DNA from: Bacteroidia bacterium
GTDB taxonomy: Bacteria > Bacteroidota > Bacteroidia > NS11-12g > UBA9320
Reading direction: 5' to 3'
Assembly: GCA_017857855.1 (NCBI GenBank)
Contig: JAFMCI010000005.1
Coordinates: forward strand, 1,760-65,759
DNA length: 64,000 nt
In this document: piece after piece, positions 8,848 through 17,756 of the stretch
Layout of the letters: each line of letters starts with the position of its first letter
Numbering within the stretch: position 1 is the first letter of the stretch
Program-made: the position numbers and the translations under genes
The notes under the pieces: generated by a model
Databases searched by the model: none
The model's input: the letters and a program-made list of their open reading frames with translations, nothing else
What the model was told of the DNA's origin: nothing

Positions 8848-9182
8848 TACATAGAAAGCTTTTCATATTTGTTCATCATTTGAACTCCGTGTACCAAAGT
8901 TGCTCCACTCTCAATAGCTGCGCCCACATGAACGGCTTCCATCATTTCTTCTTTAGTAATTCCTTTTTGCAAACCATCTTTGGTGTATGCATCAATGCAA
9001 TAAGGACATTTTACAACATGTGATACTGCAAGTGCGATGAGCGACTTTTCCCTGGCAGTTAATGCTCCTTCTTTGAAGACTGAGCCGTAGTACTCAAAAA
9101 ATTTTTCGCCGAGCTCTTCACTCCAATCTGTGATATTTTTAAACTTTCTGAGGTCTTCTGTATTGTAATAGGTTTTGGACAT
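8847..9182 (-). CDS. Carboxymuconolactone decarboxylase/AhpD-like peroxidase-like protein (rSAM-cluster associated)
   Basis: 111 aa with the AhpD-type CxxC motif (VKCPYCIDAY). First gene of the minus-strand unit. Confidence 0.65.
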   Translation of the reverse strand: MSKTYYNTEDLRKFKNITDWSEELGEKFFEYYGSVFKEGALTAREKSLIALAVSHVVKCPYCIDAYTKDGLQKGITKEEMMEAVHVGAAIESGATLVHGVQMMNKYEKLSM

Positions 9183-9468
9183 GATTTAATGTAAGAAACG
9201 AAATTAACTAATATTGTCTGACTGAATGCCATAAAGGTTACATAAGCGTTTATTGCGACATTTTCTTATGTTTTGCAACTAATTAAAATAGCTTATTAAG
9301 TATTGATAATCAGATGTTTGTAATGATTAAATTGCTTAATAAACAAGTTTTACAACTTTATGGCTGCGCTATATTTTCCTGATTTTTTGTGTACAAATCA
9401 AGCGAAATAAAAACGAGTTAATCGGAAAGAATTAAAAAAAAATGTCCAAGTTTGAAGATTAATAATTT

Positions 9469-10770
9469 ATGTCTGAAGAACACGTAATTATCATTGGGAA
9501 TGGCATTTCTGGAATTACCGTTGCTCGGCATATTCGAAAACTTTCTGATAAAAAAATTACCGTTATTTCTAATGAATCCAATTATTTCTTTTCAAGAACA
9601 GCTCTAATGTATATTTACATGGGGCACATGAAATTTGAAAATACCAAACCCTATGAAGATTGGTTTTGGGAAAAAAATAACATTGAACTTAAGTTAGGAT
9701 CAGTTCAATCTGTTGATGCCCTGTCTAAAACAGTTTGTTTGGGGAATGATGAATCGATATCTTATGATAAATTGATTATAGCGTCTGGAAGTAAACCCAT
9801 TAAAATAGGTTGGCCCGGTCAGGATTTAATCGGAGTGCAAGGGTTCTATCACTTAGAAGATTTACACGCTTTAGAAAAGAATGCACCTGATAACATAAAA
9901 TGTAAAAGGGCCGTAATAGTGGGAGGTGGGCTTATTGGTATTGAACTCGCGGAGATGTTACAGTCTCGACATATTCCTGTTACCTTATTAGTCAGAGAAA
10001 ATAGTTTTTGGAATACCACATTAACTGACGGCGAGAGTGCAATGCTTAACCGGCATATAACTGCGCAGGGTATTGACTTAAGGTTAGGCGTGAGCTTAAA
10101 AGAAATACACGGAGATAACCTTGGCAATGTTAAATCGGTAACCATTTTGGAAACAAAAGAGGAAATACAATGTAATCTAGTGGCCTTAACGATTGGAGTT
10201 ACTCCCAATGTTGATTTTTTAGCGGATTCTACTATTGCTATTAATAGAGGTGTATTGACTAACAGATATTTTGAAACCAGTGTAAAAGATATATACGCTA
10301 TTGGTGATTGTGCCGAGCAGCAGCTACCTATTGAAAACAGAAATACTATCGAAGCTACTTGGTACACTGGAAGAATAATGGGTCAAACATTAGCAAATAC
10401 TATTTGCGGAAACAAGACAGAATACAATCCTGGCCATTGGTTTAATTCGGCAAAATTTATGGATATAGAATATCAAACTTATGGTATAGTGAATGTCCAG
10501 CCTGCAGAAAATCACAGCCATTTTTATTGGAAACATGACGACGACACTATGTCTTTAACGTTTGAGTACAATAAAAATTCTGGTGAATTTCAAGGTATAA
10601 ATTCCTTAGGCATTCGACTGCGACACGAAGTAATAGATAGATGGCTCAATGAAAAACGAGATTTAGAGTATGTACTACATCATTTGAACAAGGCTAATTT
10701 TGATGCTGAATTTTCTCGAAAGTATGAGAAGGAAATTTTTAATCTTTATAAATCTAAAGTAGAACTATAA
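9469..10770 (+). CDS. NAD(P)/FAD-dependent pyridine-nucleotide-disulfide-family oxidoreductase
   Basis: Two Rossmann loops (VIIIGNGISGITVA, AVIVGGGLIGIELA) and the FAD motif YAIGDCA. Confidence 0.8.
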   Translation: MSEEHVIIIGNGISGITVARHIRKLSDKKITVISNESNYFFSRTALMYIYMGHMKFENTKPYEDWFWEKNNIELKLGSVQSVDALSKTVCLGNDESISYDKLIIASGSKPIKIGWPGQDLIGVQGFYHLEDLHALEKNAPDNIKCKRAVIVGGGLIGIELAEMLQSRHIPVTLLVRENSFWNTTLTDGESAMLNRHITAQGIDLRLGVSLKEIHGDNLGNVKSVTILETKEEIQCNLVALTIGVTPNVDFLADSTIAINRGVLTNRYFETSVKDIYAIGDCAEQQLPIENRNTIEATWYTGRIMGQTLANTICGNKTEYNPGHWFNSAKFMDIEYQTYGIVNVQPAENHSHFYWKHDDDTMSLTFEYNKNSGEFQGINSLGIRLRHEVIDRWLNEKRDLEYVLHHLNKANFDAEFSRKYEKEIFNLYKSKVEL

Positions 10771-12347
10771 TGGCGATGAAAATTCATGACAATATTAGTA
10801 TGTCGCTGGCCAAACCAGATGATTTAGTGCTTTCTTTAAAGTTAAAGTGGGCAACGGGTGCCGCTTCTATTGGCTTAGGTTTGCTCATTTTAGCACTTGC
10901 TAATATTCAGCTTCCACAATCGAATATTATTCTAATCATTTCAATGCTGCTTTTGTCTTTTGGCGTAATTCTTTTTAGTCATGCACTTTATCGAAATCAC
11001 ATAAGTAGCAATAAAAACAACGGAATATGGTATAATTCTATCACTTCTAGAGGTTTGCAAGGATGGATGTTAGGACTTGTACTTACTTCTTTTTACATTG
11101 TGTTGTATTTCTATCCGAATCTTCTTGGACTAGGGTTAAACGGACAAGAAAACACCGGTTTAATACATTTATTTGATGCATTGAGCTTAAACCTAAATGG
11201 TCATAATGCTACTCAATGGTTTGTATATGGTACTTTATATACTTTAGCCATATTGCTTTTTGGATATAAATTCATGTTGAAGTATCAAAAGAATAGGTAT
11301 CAGCAATTAAGAACGTTATCGGTTATGTTTTTTCAACTTGGCTTTGCTTTTTTGATTCCAGAACTTATGTCAAAATTAAATTCAGAATCGTCTCAACTGC
11401 CTTATTACGACCTTAAAAATATATGGCCTTTAAATTATGCCCAATTTGAACAAGGCAGGGTAGATGGATTTTTGAACGGCAGTTCTTTAGGAATGCTCCT
11501 TTTAGCCTTTAGTATATTATCTGTATTTGTAATATCTCCTATTTTAACATATAAATATGGCAAAAGATGGTATTGCTCTTGGGTTTGTGGCTGCGGAGGC
11601 TTGGCAGAAACAGCAGGAGATTCTTTTCGTCATTTGAGTAGCAAAACCCTTAAGTCATGGAAGGTGGAACGATGGCTTATTCACGTCGTTTTGGTCTTTG
11701 TTATACTAATGACAGTCGCAGTTATATCTACCTATTTAGAGACTGATGCTCTCCAATATTGGCTCACGAGAGACGCCTTTCTAGTTTTGATTGGTGCTTT
11801 ACTGACCGTAGTATTTAGTTTGACCATGATTTTTAAACGCAAAGAGTTAGCACAAGATGCACAATATGCAGCGATAGGCTTTTTTGTACTTATACTGTCG
11901 TTGTTAGGCTTTCATTTTTTTAGCATTGGAAGTGAACTGTTTTTTATAGATGCAGAGACACTTCGCAGTTCCTATGGTTTTTTTATCGGTTCGATTTTTT
12001 CCGGAGTTATAGGAGTTGGGATGTACCCCATTTTGGGCAGTAGAGTTTGGTGTAGATTTGGTTGTCCAATGGCAGCAGTACTTGGTTTTCAGCAACGTTT
12101 ATTTTCTAAGTTCAGAATAACGACCAACGGTGGGCAATGTATTTCTTGCGGGAATTGTTCCACTTTCTGCGAGATGGGAATAGATGTTAGGGCTTATGCA
12201 CAAAAAGGAGAAAATATTGTAAGATCGAGCTGTGTAGGTTGCGGTATATGCGCAGATGTATGTCCGAGAGGTGTTCTAAAGTTGGAAAATGTGTCCATAA
12301 TCGAGGGATTAAATTTTCCGAAAATCAGAAAAGAAACAAAAGAATAA
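10770..12347 (+). CDS. Membrane polyferredoxin (NapH/FixG-like 4Fe-4S binding protein)
   Basis: About 10 TM segments with Cys clusters CSWVCGCGG and WCRFGCP. Two C-terminal ferredoxin motifs, CISCGNCSTFC and CVGCGICADVCP. TAATG overlap with the upstream reductase. Confidence 0.75.
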   Translation: MAMKIHDNISMSLAKPDDLVLSLKLKWATGAASIGLGLLILALANIQLPQSNIILIISMLLLSFGVILFSHALYRNHISSNKNNGIWYNSITSRGLQGWMLGLVLTSFYIVLYFYPNLLGLGLNGQENTGLIHLFDALSLNLNGHNATQWFVYGTLYTLAILLFGYKFMLKYQKNRYQQLRTLSVMFFQLGFAFLIPELMSKLNSESSQLPYYDLKNIWPLNYAQFEQGRVDGFLNGSSLGMLLLAFSILSVFVISPILTYKYGKRWYCSWVCGCGGLAETAGDSFRHLSSKTLKSWKVERWLIHVVLVFVILMTVAVISTYLETDALQYWLTRDAFLVLIGALLTVVFSLTMIFKRKELAQDAQYAAIGFFVLILSLLGFHFFSIGSELFFIDAETLRSSYGFFIGSIFSGVIGVGMYPILGSRVWCRFGCPMAAVLGFQQRLFSKFRITTNGGQCISCGNCSTFCEMGIDVRAYAQKGENIVRSSCVGCGICADVCPRGVLKLENVSIIEGLNFPKIRKETKE

Positions 12348-12348
12348 A

Positions 12349-13038
12349 GTGACTTGTATAAAAGTAATAATACCCGCTTTTAATGAAGAAGGCTCTATTG
12401 CTAAGGTAATAGCGGAAATACCCACAGAAGTAGATGAAATTATTGTAGTGAATAACAACTCTACAGACACTACTAAAGAAGTGGCACAAAGAGCCGGTGC
12501 AACGGTTATAGACGAAGATCAAAAAGGATATGGCTACGCTTGTCTTAAAGGTATGGAATATCTTGCTTTGAGTAAAATTAAGCCTGACATTGTTGTTTTT
12601 TTGGATGGAGATTACAGCGACTATCCTGAGGAGTTAACACAAATTATAAGACCAATTGTAGACGAAGACATAGATTTTGTAGTAGGTGCTCGTGTTAAGA
12701 AATGGAGAGAAGATGGCTCCATGACGCCTCAACAAATTTTTGGGAATTGGCTAGCTACCTCCTTAATGAGATTATTTTTCAATGCTGACTTTTCTGATTT
12801 GGGTCCATTTAGAGCCATAAAATACGATAAGCTTCTAGCACTAGAAATGGAAGATAAAACCTATGGGTGGACTGTAGAAATGCAACTTAAGGTCATTAAG
12901 CGAAAGTTAACTTATGTAGAAATTCCTGTACACTATAAAAGTAGGATTGGCGTTTCCAAAGTATCCGGAACTATAGAAGGTAGTGTTATGGCGGGGATAA
13001 AAATATTAACCTGGATTTTTAAATATAGCTTTAAATGA
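12349..13038 (+). CDS. Small family-2 glycosyltransferase (possibly TIGR04283-like 'transferase 2')
   Basis: The GT2 N-terminus VIIPAFNEE preceded by TCIK forces a GTG start at 12349, 1 nt after the polyferredoxin stop. DxD-like FLDGDYSD. 229 aa. Confidence 0.7.
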   Translation: MTCIKVIIPAFNEEGSIAKVIAEIPTEVDEIIVVNNNSTDTTKEVAQRAGATVIDEDQKGYGYACLKGMEYLALSKIKPDIVVFLDGDYSDYPEELTQIIRPIVDEDIDFVVGARVKKWREDGSMTPQQIFGNWLATSLMRLFFNADFSDLGPFRAIKYDKLLALEMEDKTYGWTVEMQLKVIKRKLTYVEIPVHYKSRIGVSKVSGTIEGSVMAGIKILTWIFKYSFK

Positions 13039-14519
13039 CGGCGTTAATTTATAGTATCATCATCGTTTACACGCTAATCGCGGCAATACTTTTTTTGTAT
13101 GCATGTGCTCAATTAAACCTGCTTTTTAACTATCTTAAGAGTAAGAAAACTAAGCTCACTCATAGTAAGATAGATCTTAATACCCTAAAAAAGGGTTATC
13201 CGAGGGTTACCATCCAACTACCTGTGTATAATGAATTCTATGTAATGAAAGCGTTACTAGAAAATATTGGCAAAATAGATTACCCAAAAGATAGATTAGA
13301 GATTCAAGTGCTTGATGATTCTACAGACGAATCTTACGAGTTAACTAAGACTTACGTTAGTCAGCTAAAGGATAAAGGCTTTGATATTAAACACCTCCAT
13401 CGTACCATCAGAGAAGGCTTTAAAGCGGGGGCCTTAAAAGAAGGCTTATCCTCTGCAACAGGAGATTTTATTGCCATTTTTGATGCAGATTTTCTTCCAA
13501 AAAGTAACTGGCTTTTAGAAACCTTGCCTTACTTTTCTGCTGATAATATTGGTGTAATACAAACACGTTGGACTCATATTAATAGGGATTACTCGCTTCT
13601 GACCAAGGTTCAAGCATTCATGCTTGATGCACATTTTACCATTGAACAAGTGGGACGCAATTCCAAAAACCATTTTATTAATTTCAATGGAACTGCAGGT
13701 ATTTGGCGAAAATCATGCATACTTGACGCTGGAAATTGGAATGGAGACACCTTAACTGAAGATTTAGATTTGAGTTATAGAGCTCAACTCAAAAATTGGA
13801 AATTTATTTTTTTAGAAGACGTAGAAACGCTAGCAGAACTTCCTGTTGTTATCGCTGCGGCAAAATCACAGCAATTTAGATGGAATAAAGGAGCTGCAGA
13901 AAATTTTAGAAAAAATATAAAGCGCCTATATCAAAATAAAAATATCGCTGCAATTACCAAGATACATGGAACATTTCACCTCCTTAATAGTTCTATGTTC
14001 TTAGGCGTTTTCATAATTGCTCTCTTAAGTGTTCCGATGCTTTATATCAAAACGCAGTATCCCATACTACAAGGGTATTTCGTCGTAATGGGTTTCTTTG
14101 TGATTACAACACTCATATTTTTACTGTATTATTGGGTTATGTACAAAAAGGTTTATGGCAAAGGACTGGTTCATTTCATTCGGTTTATTGGCTTATTTCT
14201 GGCTTTTTTCTCTATTGCAGTAGGACTTTCATTGCACAATACATGGGCTGTGTTAGAGGGGCATTTGGGTAAAAAAAGTGATTTTATTCGTACCCCTAAA
14301 TTCAATCTAACGTCAGGGTTTAATAGCATACTAGAAAATAAATACCTAGCTAAAAACATCTCTGCAACAAGTGTAGCAGAGGGCATACTTATGCTCTACT
14401 TTTCTTTTGGTATTTACAGCGCTTTCAAACTGGGAGATTTCGGTTTTACTCTATTTCATCTGATGTTGGTGTTTGGGTTCGGATACTTATTTTTTCAGTC
14501 ATTGATGACCAAACGATAA
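13035..14519 (+). CDS. Processive membrane family-2 glycosyltransferase (cellulose-synthase-like / lipid glycosyltransferase-like)
   Basis: N-terminal TM segment, then LDDSTD, FDADF, TEDLDLSYR and QQFRWNKG (QxxRW), followed by about 4 C-terminal TM segments. ATGA overlap with the upstream GT2. Confidence 0.8.
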   Translation: MTALIYSIIIVYTLIAAILFLYACAQLNLLFNYLKSKKTKLTHSKIDLNTLKKGYPRVTIQLPVYNEFYVMKALLENIGKIDYPKDRLEIQVLDDSTDESYELTKTYVSQLKDKGFDIKHLHRTIREGFKAGALKEGLSSATGDFIAIFDADFLPKSNWLLETLPYFSADNIGVIQTRWTHINRDYSLLTKVQAFMLDAHFTIEQVGRNSKNHFINFNGTAGIWRKSCILDAGNWNGDTLTEDLDLSYRAQLKNWKFIFLEDVETLAELPVVIAAAKSQQFRWNKGAAENFRKNIKRLYQNKNIAAITKIHGTFHLLNSSMFLGVFIIALLSVPMLYIKTQYPILQGYFVVMGFFVITTLIFLLYYWVMYKKVYGKGLVHFIRFIGLFLAFFSIAVGLSLHNTWAVLEGHLGKKSDFIRTPKFNLTSGFNSILENKYLAKNISATSVAEGILMLYFSFGIYSAFKLGDFGFTLFHLMLVFGFGYLFFQSLMTKR

Positions 14520-14545
14520 AAGATATATAGAACTAAAGAAGTTGT

Positions 14546-15898
14546 ATGCAGTACTCAAAGCATTCCAAAAATATACTTCTACTGGTTACCATTCTTCTGA
14601 GTTTGATAACCTATTATTTTATGGGTTATTCGCTAGAGCGATCAGCGTTTTCTTTCATACTCTTATCCTATTTAATCTTATTTATCTGCAGTTATATGCT
14701 TATTCATTTTAACAAGCATAATTACATCCTTTTGGCTTCTCTAGCAGTTTTGTTTCGTTTAATACTGCTTGTTGCAATACCTGAATTATCCCAAGACTTT
14801 TATAGGTTTATATGGGATGGTAGATTGCTTCTAAAAGGCTTTAATGTCTATATATCTACTCCTAATTCATTTATCACTTCAGGACAGATTCCCATAGCAC
14901 AAGCCCAGTTATTAATAGACGGAATGGGAGCACTGAGCGCTGGTAATCACACCAACTACCCTCCATTAAATCAGCTTTGTTTCATGCTCGCTGGCATGGG
15001 AGCAGGAAATAGTATACTAGGTTCTGTTATGATAATGAGAATACTCATTATTTTAGCAGATATAGGAACGTTATACATTGGAACTAAACTCCTGATTAAG
15101 TTTCATCTTCCAGTCCATAGAATATTCTTTTATATGTTAAATCCTTTAATTATTATTGAGCTTACAGGCAATTTGCATTTTGAATCTTTAATGGTTTTCT
15201 TCCTAGTTCTTAGCATTTATTTTCTCCAAATAGATAGATGGAAATTATCAGCCTTTGTGTTTTCGTTAGCTATTTCGGTTAAACTTATTCCATTGCTTTT
15301 TATCCCATTGCTGTATAAAAAACTTGGTGCCCAAAAATGGGTTATGTATAGCTCCATAGTAGCGTTAGTGACTACGCTTAGTTTCATGCCGTTTTTGTCT
15401 ATTGATTTTTTACAACACTACACCCAAACCGTTGGATTATGGTTTCAGAAATTCGAGTTTAATGCAAGTGTCTATTATCTCATTAGAGAACTATCCTATT
15501 GTTTTAGAGGATACAACGAAATAGCTCTAATAGGACCTGCATTAGCTATTGTAGTACTTGTTTTTACGCTTACCGCAGGCATATTAAACGGGAACAAGCA
15601 TTTTCTTGGTTTATTAGGTAATATGATAATGGTGTTATCGGTGTATTTTTTATGCGCTACAACTGTTCATCCATGGTACATCGCAACACCATTATTTCTA
15701 TCCATATTTTTATCGTATCGTTTTATTGCTGTATGGAGTTTTGCAGTAGTTTTAAGTTATTCGGCCTATACAAGCACGGGGTTTTACGAAAATGGGTGGT
15801 TCATTGCGCTTGAGTATTTACTAGTCTACGGAACCTTGTTTTACGAGATTTATCACAAAAAAAAATCTTATTTCAGTCTAGTACATAGAGTGAAATAA
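14546..15898 (+). CDS. Polytopic GT-C-like membrane protein (DUF2029/GT87-like putative glycosyltransferase)
   Basis: 450 aa with at least 10 TM segments. An early loop motif ELSQDFYRFIWDG resembles GT-C/DUF2029 proteins. The assignment is tentative. Confidence 0.4.
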   Translation: MQYSKHSKNILLLVTILLSLITYYFMGYSLERSAFSFILLSYLILFICSYMLIHFNKHNYILLASLAVLFRLILLVAIPELSQDFYRFIWDGRLLLKGFNVYISTPNSFITSGQIPIAQAQLLIDGMGALSAGNHTNYPPLNQLCFMLAGMGAGNSILGSVMIMRILIILADIGTLYIGTKLLIKFHLPVHRIFFYMLNPLIIIELTGNLHFESLMVFFLVLSIYFLQIDRWKLSAFVFSLAISVKLIPLLFIPLLYKKLGAQKWVMYSSIVALVTTLSFMPFLSIDFLQHYTQTVGLWFQKFEFNASVYYLIRELSYCFRGYNEIALIGPALAIVVLVFTLTAGILNGNKHFLGLLGNMIMVLSVYFLCATTVHPWYIATPLFLSIFLSYRFIAVWSFAVVLSYSAYTSTGFYENGWFIALEYLLVYGTLFYEIYHKKKSYFSLVHRVK

Positions 15899-15939
15899 GA
15901 TTTTTAAATTAGGATGTAATCCTTAGAACTGAAGTCAGG

Positions 15940-16815
15940 CTATCGCTGTCCTTTTTTAAATCCGTAGATACTTTGGCTAATAAAATCTTGTGGGAATTTA
16001 TCATCCCCTTCAAATCCAATTTCAATAGTACCGCTATCTTCAGGAACATAACTTGTTTTAAATAGGTAGTCCCATAGACTTAAACTAATACCATAGTTAA
16101 CTCCGAATTTTCCTTCAGGAAGCGTGTAAGCATGATGATATAAGTGCATTACAGGATTATTAACTAGAAACTTTAATGGTCCCCAGGTAATTTTAATATT
16201 AGCATGGTTTAAATGGCCAATGGTAATCGCTATAAAGTGTACAATATAAGCTTGTTCTGGTTCAAAACCTCCTAAAATCATTACCCCAAAAGTTTTAAGT
16301 GGTTTATAAAATACATTCTCCATCCAATGATATCGTAAATGAGCCGCAAAGCCCATTTCTTTAACACTATGATGCACCTTATGAAATTTCCATAAAAATG
16401 GATAACGGTGTAATAAGACATGTGTAAACCACTGCACAAAATCTAATATTATAAAGAATACAAGCAATTGAAGTCCTGCCGCCCATTTTGAAATATCCAT
16501 AATCGCTAGGCTTTTTGAACCGATATTAAACGCTTCAAACGTCACGCTCATTACTTGATAAAAGCCACTGATAATAATAGAAAAAATAAAGAAGTTGAAA
16601 AACATATAGAATGAATCCAACCAAAAATCTTTTCTAATTATCGCTTGATTTTTTCGCCACGGAAAAGATATTTCTAATAGCCAAACAGCTAGAGAAAGTA
16701 CAATTAGGCCCCAAAAGTAATTGGTGTAATAAGGTACTTCAAAAATGATTGATTTCCATGTCCAATCAACGGTTCCCAAAAATGCATTTTTAAATGCGTC
16801 TAAGTAGTTATTCAT
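15940..16815 (-). CDS. Fatty acid hydroxylase / sterol desaturase family di-iron membrane enzyme
   Basis: Histidine boxes HVLLH, HKVHH and HLYHH in a 4-TM context. Confidence 0.75.
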   Translation of the reverse strand: MNNYLDAFKNAFLGTVDWTWKSIIFEVPYYTNYFWGLIVLSLAVWLLEISFPWRKNQAIIRKDFWLDSFYMFFNFFIFSIIISGFYQVMSVTFEAFNIGSKSLAIMDISKWAAGLQLLVFFIILDFVQWFTHVLLHRYPFLWKFHKVHHSVKEMGFAAHLRYHWMENVFYKPLKTFGVMILGGFEPEQAYIVHFIAITIGHLNHANIKITWGPLKFLVNNPVMHLYHHAYTLPEGKFGVNYGISLSLWDYLFKTSYVPEDSGTIEIGFEGDDKFPQDFISQSIYGFKKGQR

Positions 16816-16817
16816 TT

Positions 16818-17756
16818 TTATTTATTTTTAGTTGTTATATCATTAATAATAGGTAGCGTGTCTATATAGCTCCATTCAGTCCATGACCCGTCATAATTTC
16901 GAACATTGGTGTAGCCCAATAGTTGAGTAAGCACAAATGATGTATGTGCAGATCTCACACCACTATGGCAGTAAACTATAATGGGATCCTCTTTTTTTGC
17001 TCCTAGTTTCGAATAAATTTCTTCCAACTCTTCTAGATGTTTAAAACATTGGTCTCCATTGTAATCAATCGATTCAGCCCAATCTATATGAACACTATTG
17101 GGAATTCTACCGGCCCTTGTGGCACCTTTTTTTTGCTCTTTACCCACAAATTCATCCAACGTTCTCGTATCCAGAAGAAAAGTACCATTGTCTATGGCTT
17201 TGAGCACATCGTTTTTGTCGACATAAAAGTCCATTGAAGGCTGCTTATCCAGCATAAAATCTGTTTTTGTCCTAGTAGGTATTTGCGTGCTAAGTTCCCC
17301 ACCGATTTTTGTCCATGAAGAAAGACCTCCTTCCAACATTTTAACGTTTTTAAAATCGTAGTTCTGTAAGATCCACCAGAGTCTTGAAGCATTACATAGG
17401 CCTATATCATCGTATATTATGAGGGTATCTTCCAATCTTATTCCAAGATTACTGAAAAGCGATTCTATTTGTGAAGGAGTGGCCATCATACCATCATAAG
17501 AATACGTCGAATCTTCTATTTCTGTACGCCAAATATTCAATGAGCCTTCAATATGGCCTTTTATATAATCTTTATTTCTCCTGAAATCTATGATTACGGT
17601 ATTTGATTGATTGCTCACAGACAAAAGTCCTTCTGCACTTATTAAACAAAGCGATGAAGGCTTATTGGCATGGTTATCCATCTTTTCTGATGGTTGACAA
17701 GCAAACAGCACAAGGCTAAAAATAAAAGTACTATAGCTCCATTTCATACCATTCAA
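16818..17756 (-). CDS. Tandem-rhodanese sulfurtransferase, lipoprotein
   Basis: Lipobox (LVLFAC), two rhodanese domains, and the active-site loop CHSGVRSA. It overlaps the upstream cytochrome gene by 26 nt, or 17 nt if the start is the ATG at 17747. Confidence 0.8.
   Translation of the reverse strand: MNGMKWSYSTFIFSLVLFACQPSEKMDNHANKPSSLCLISAEGLLSVSNQSNTVIIDFRRNKDYIKGHIEGSLNIWRTEIEDSTYSYDGMMATPSQIESLFSNLGIRLEDTLIIYDDIGLCNASRLWWILQNYDFKNVKMLEGGLSSWTKIGGELSTQIPTRTKTDFMLDKQPSMDFYVDKNDVLKAIDNGTFLLDTRTLDEFVGKEQKKGATRAGRIPNSVHIDWAESIDYNGDQCFKHLEELEEIYSKLGAKKEDPIIVYCHSGVRSAHTSFVLTQLLGYTNVRNYDGSWTEWSYIDTLPIINDITTKNK

Noticed and set aside
9849-10367. 172-aa minus-strand ORF antisense to the FAD oxidoreductase gene.
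   Set aside because: It lies entirely inside a well-supported CDS on the opposite strand, has low-complexity Ser/Ile/Cys-rich content and shows no motif. This is a typical shadow ORF in an AT-rich genome.
15899-15939. Weak hairpin (aggat gta atcct) between the convergent GT-C-like and hydroxylase genes.
   Set aside because: It has only a 5-bp stem and no flanking T-tract, so it is too weak to call a terminator.
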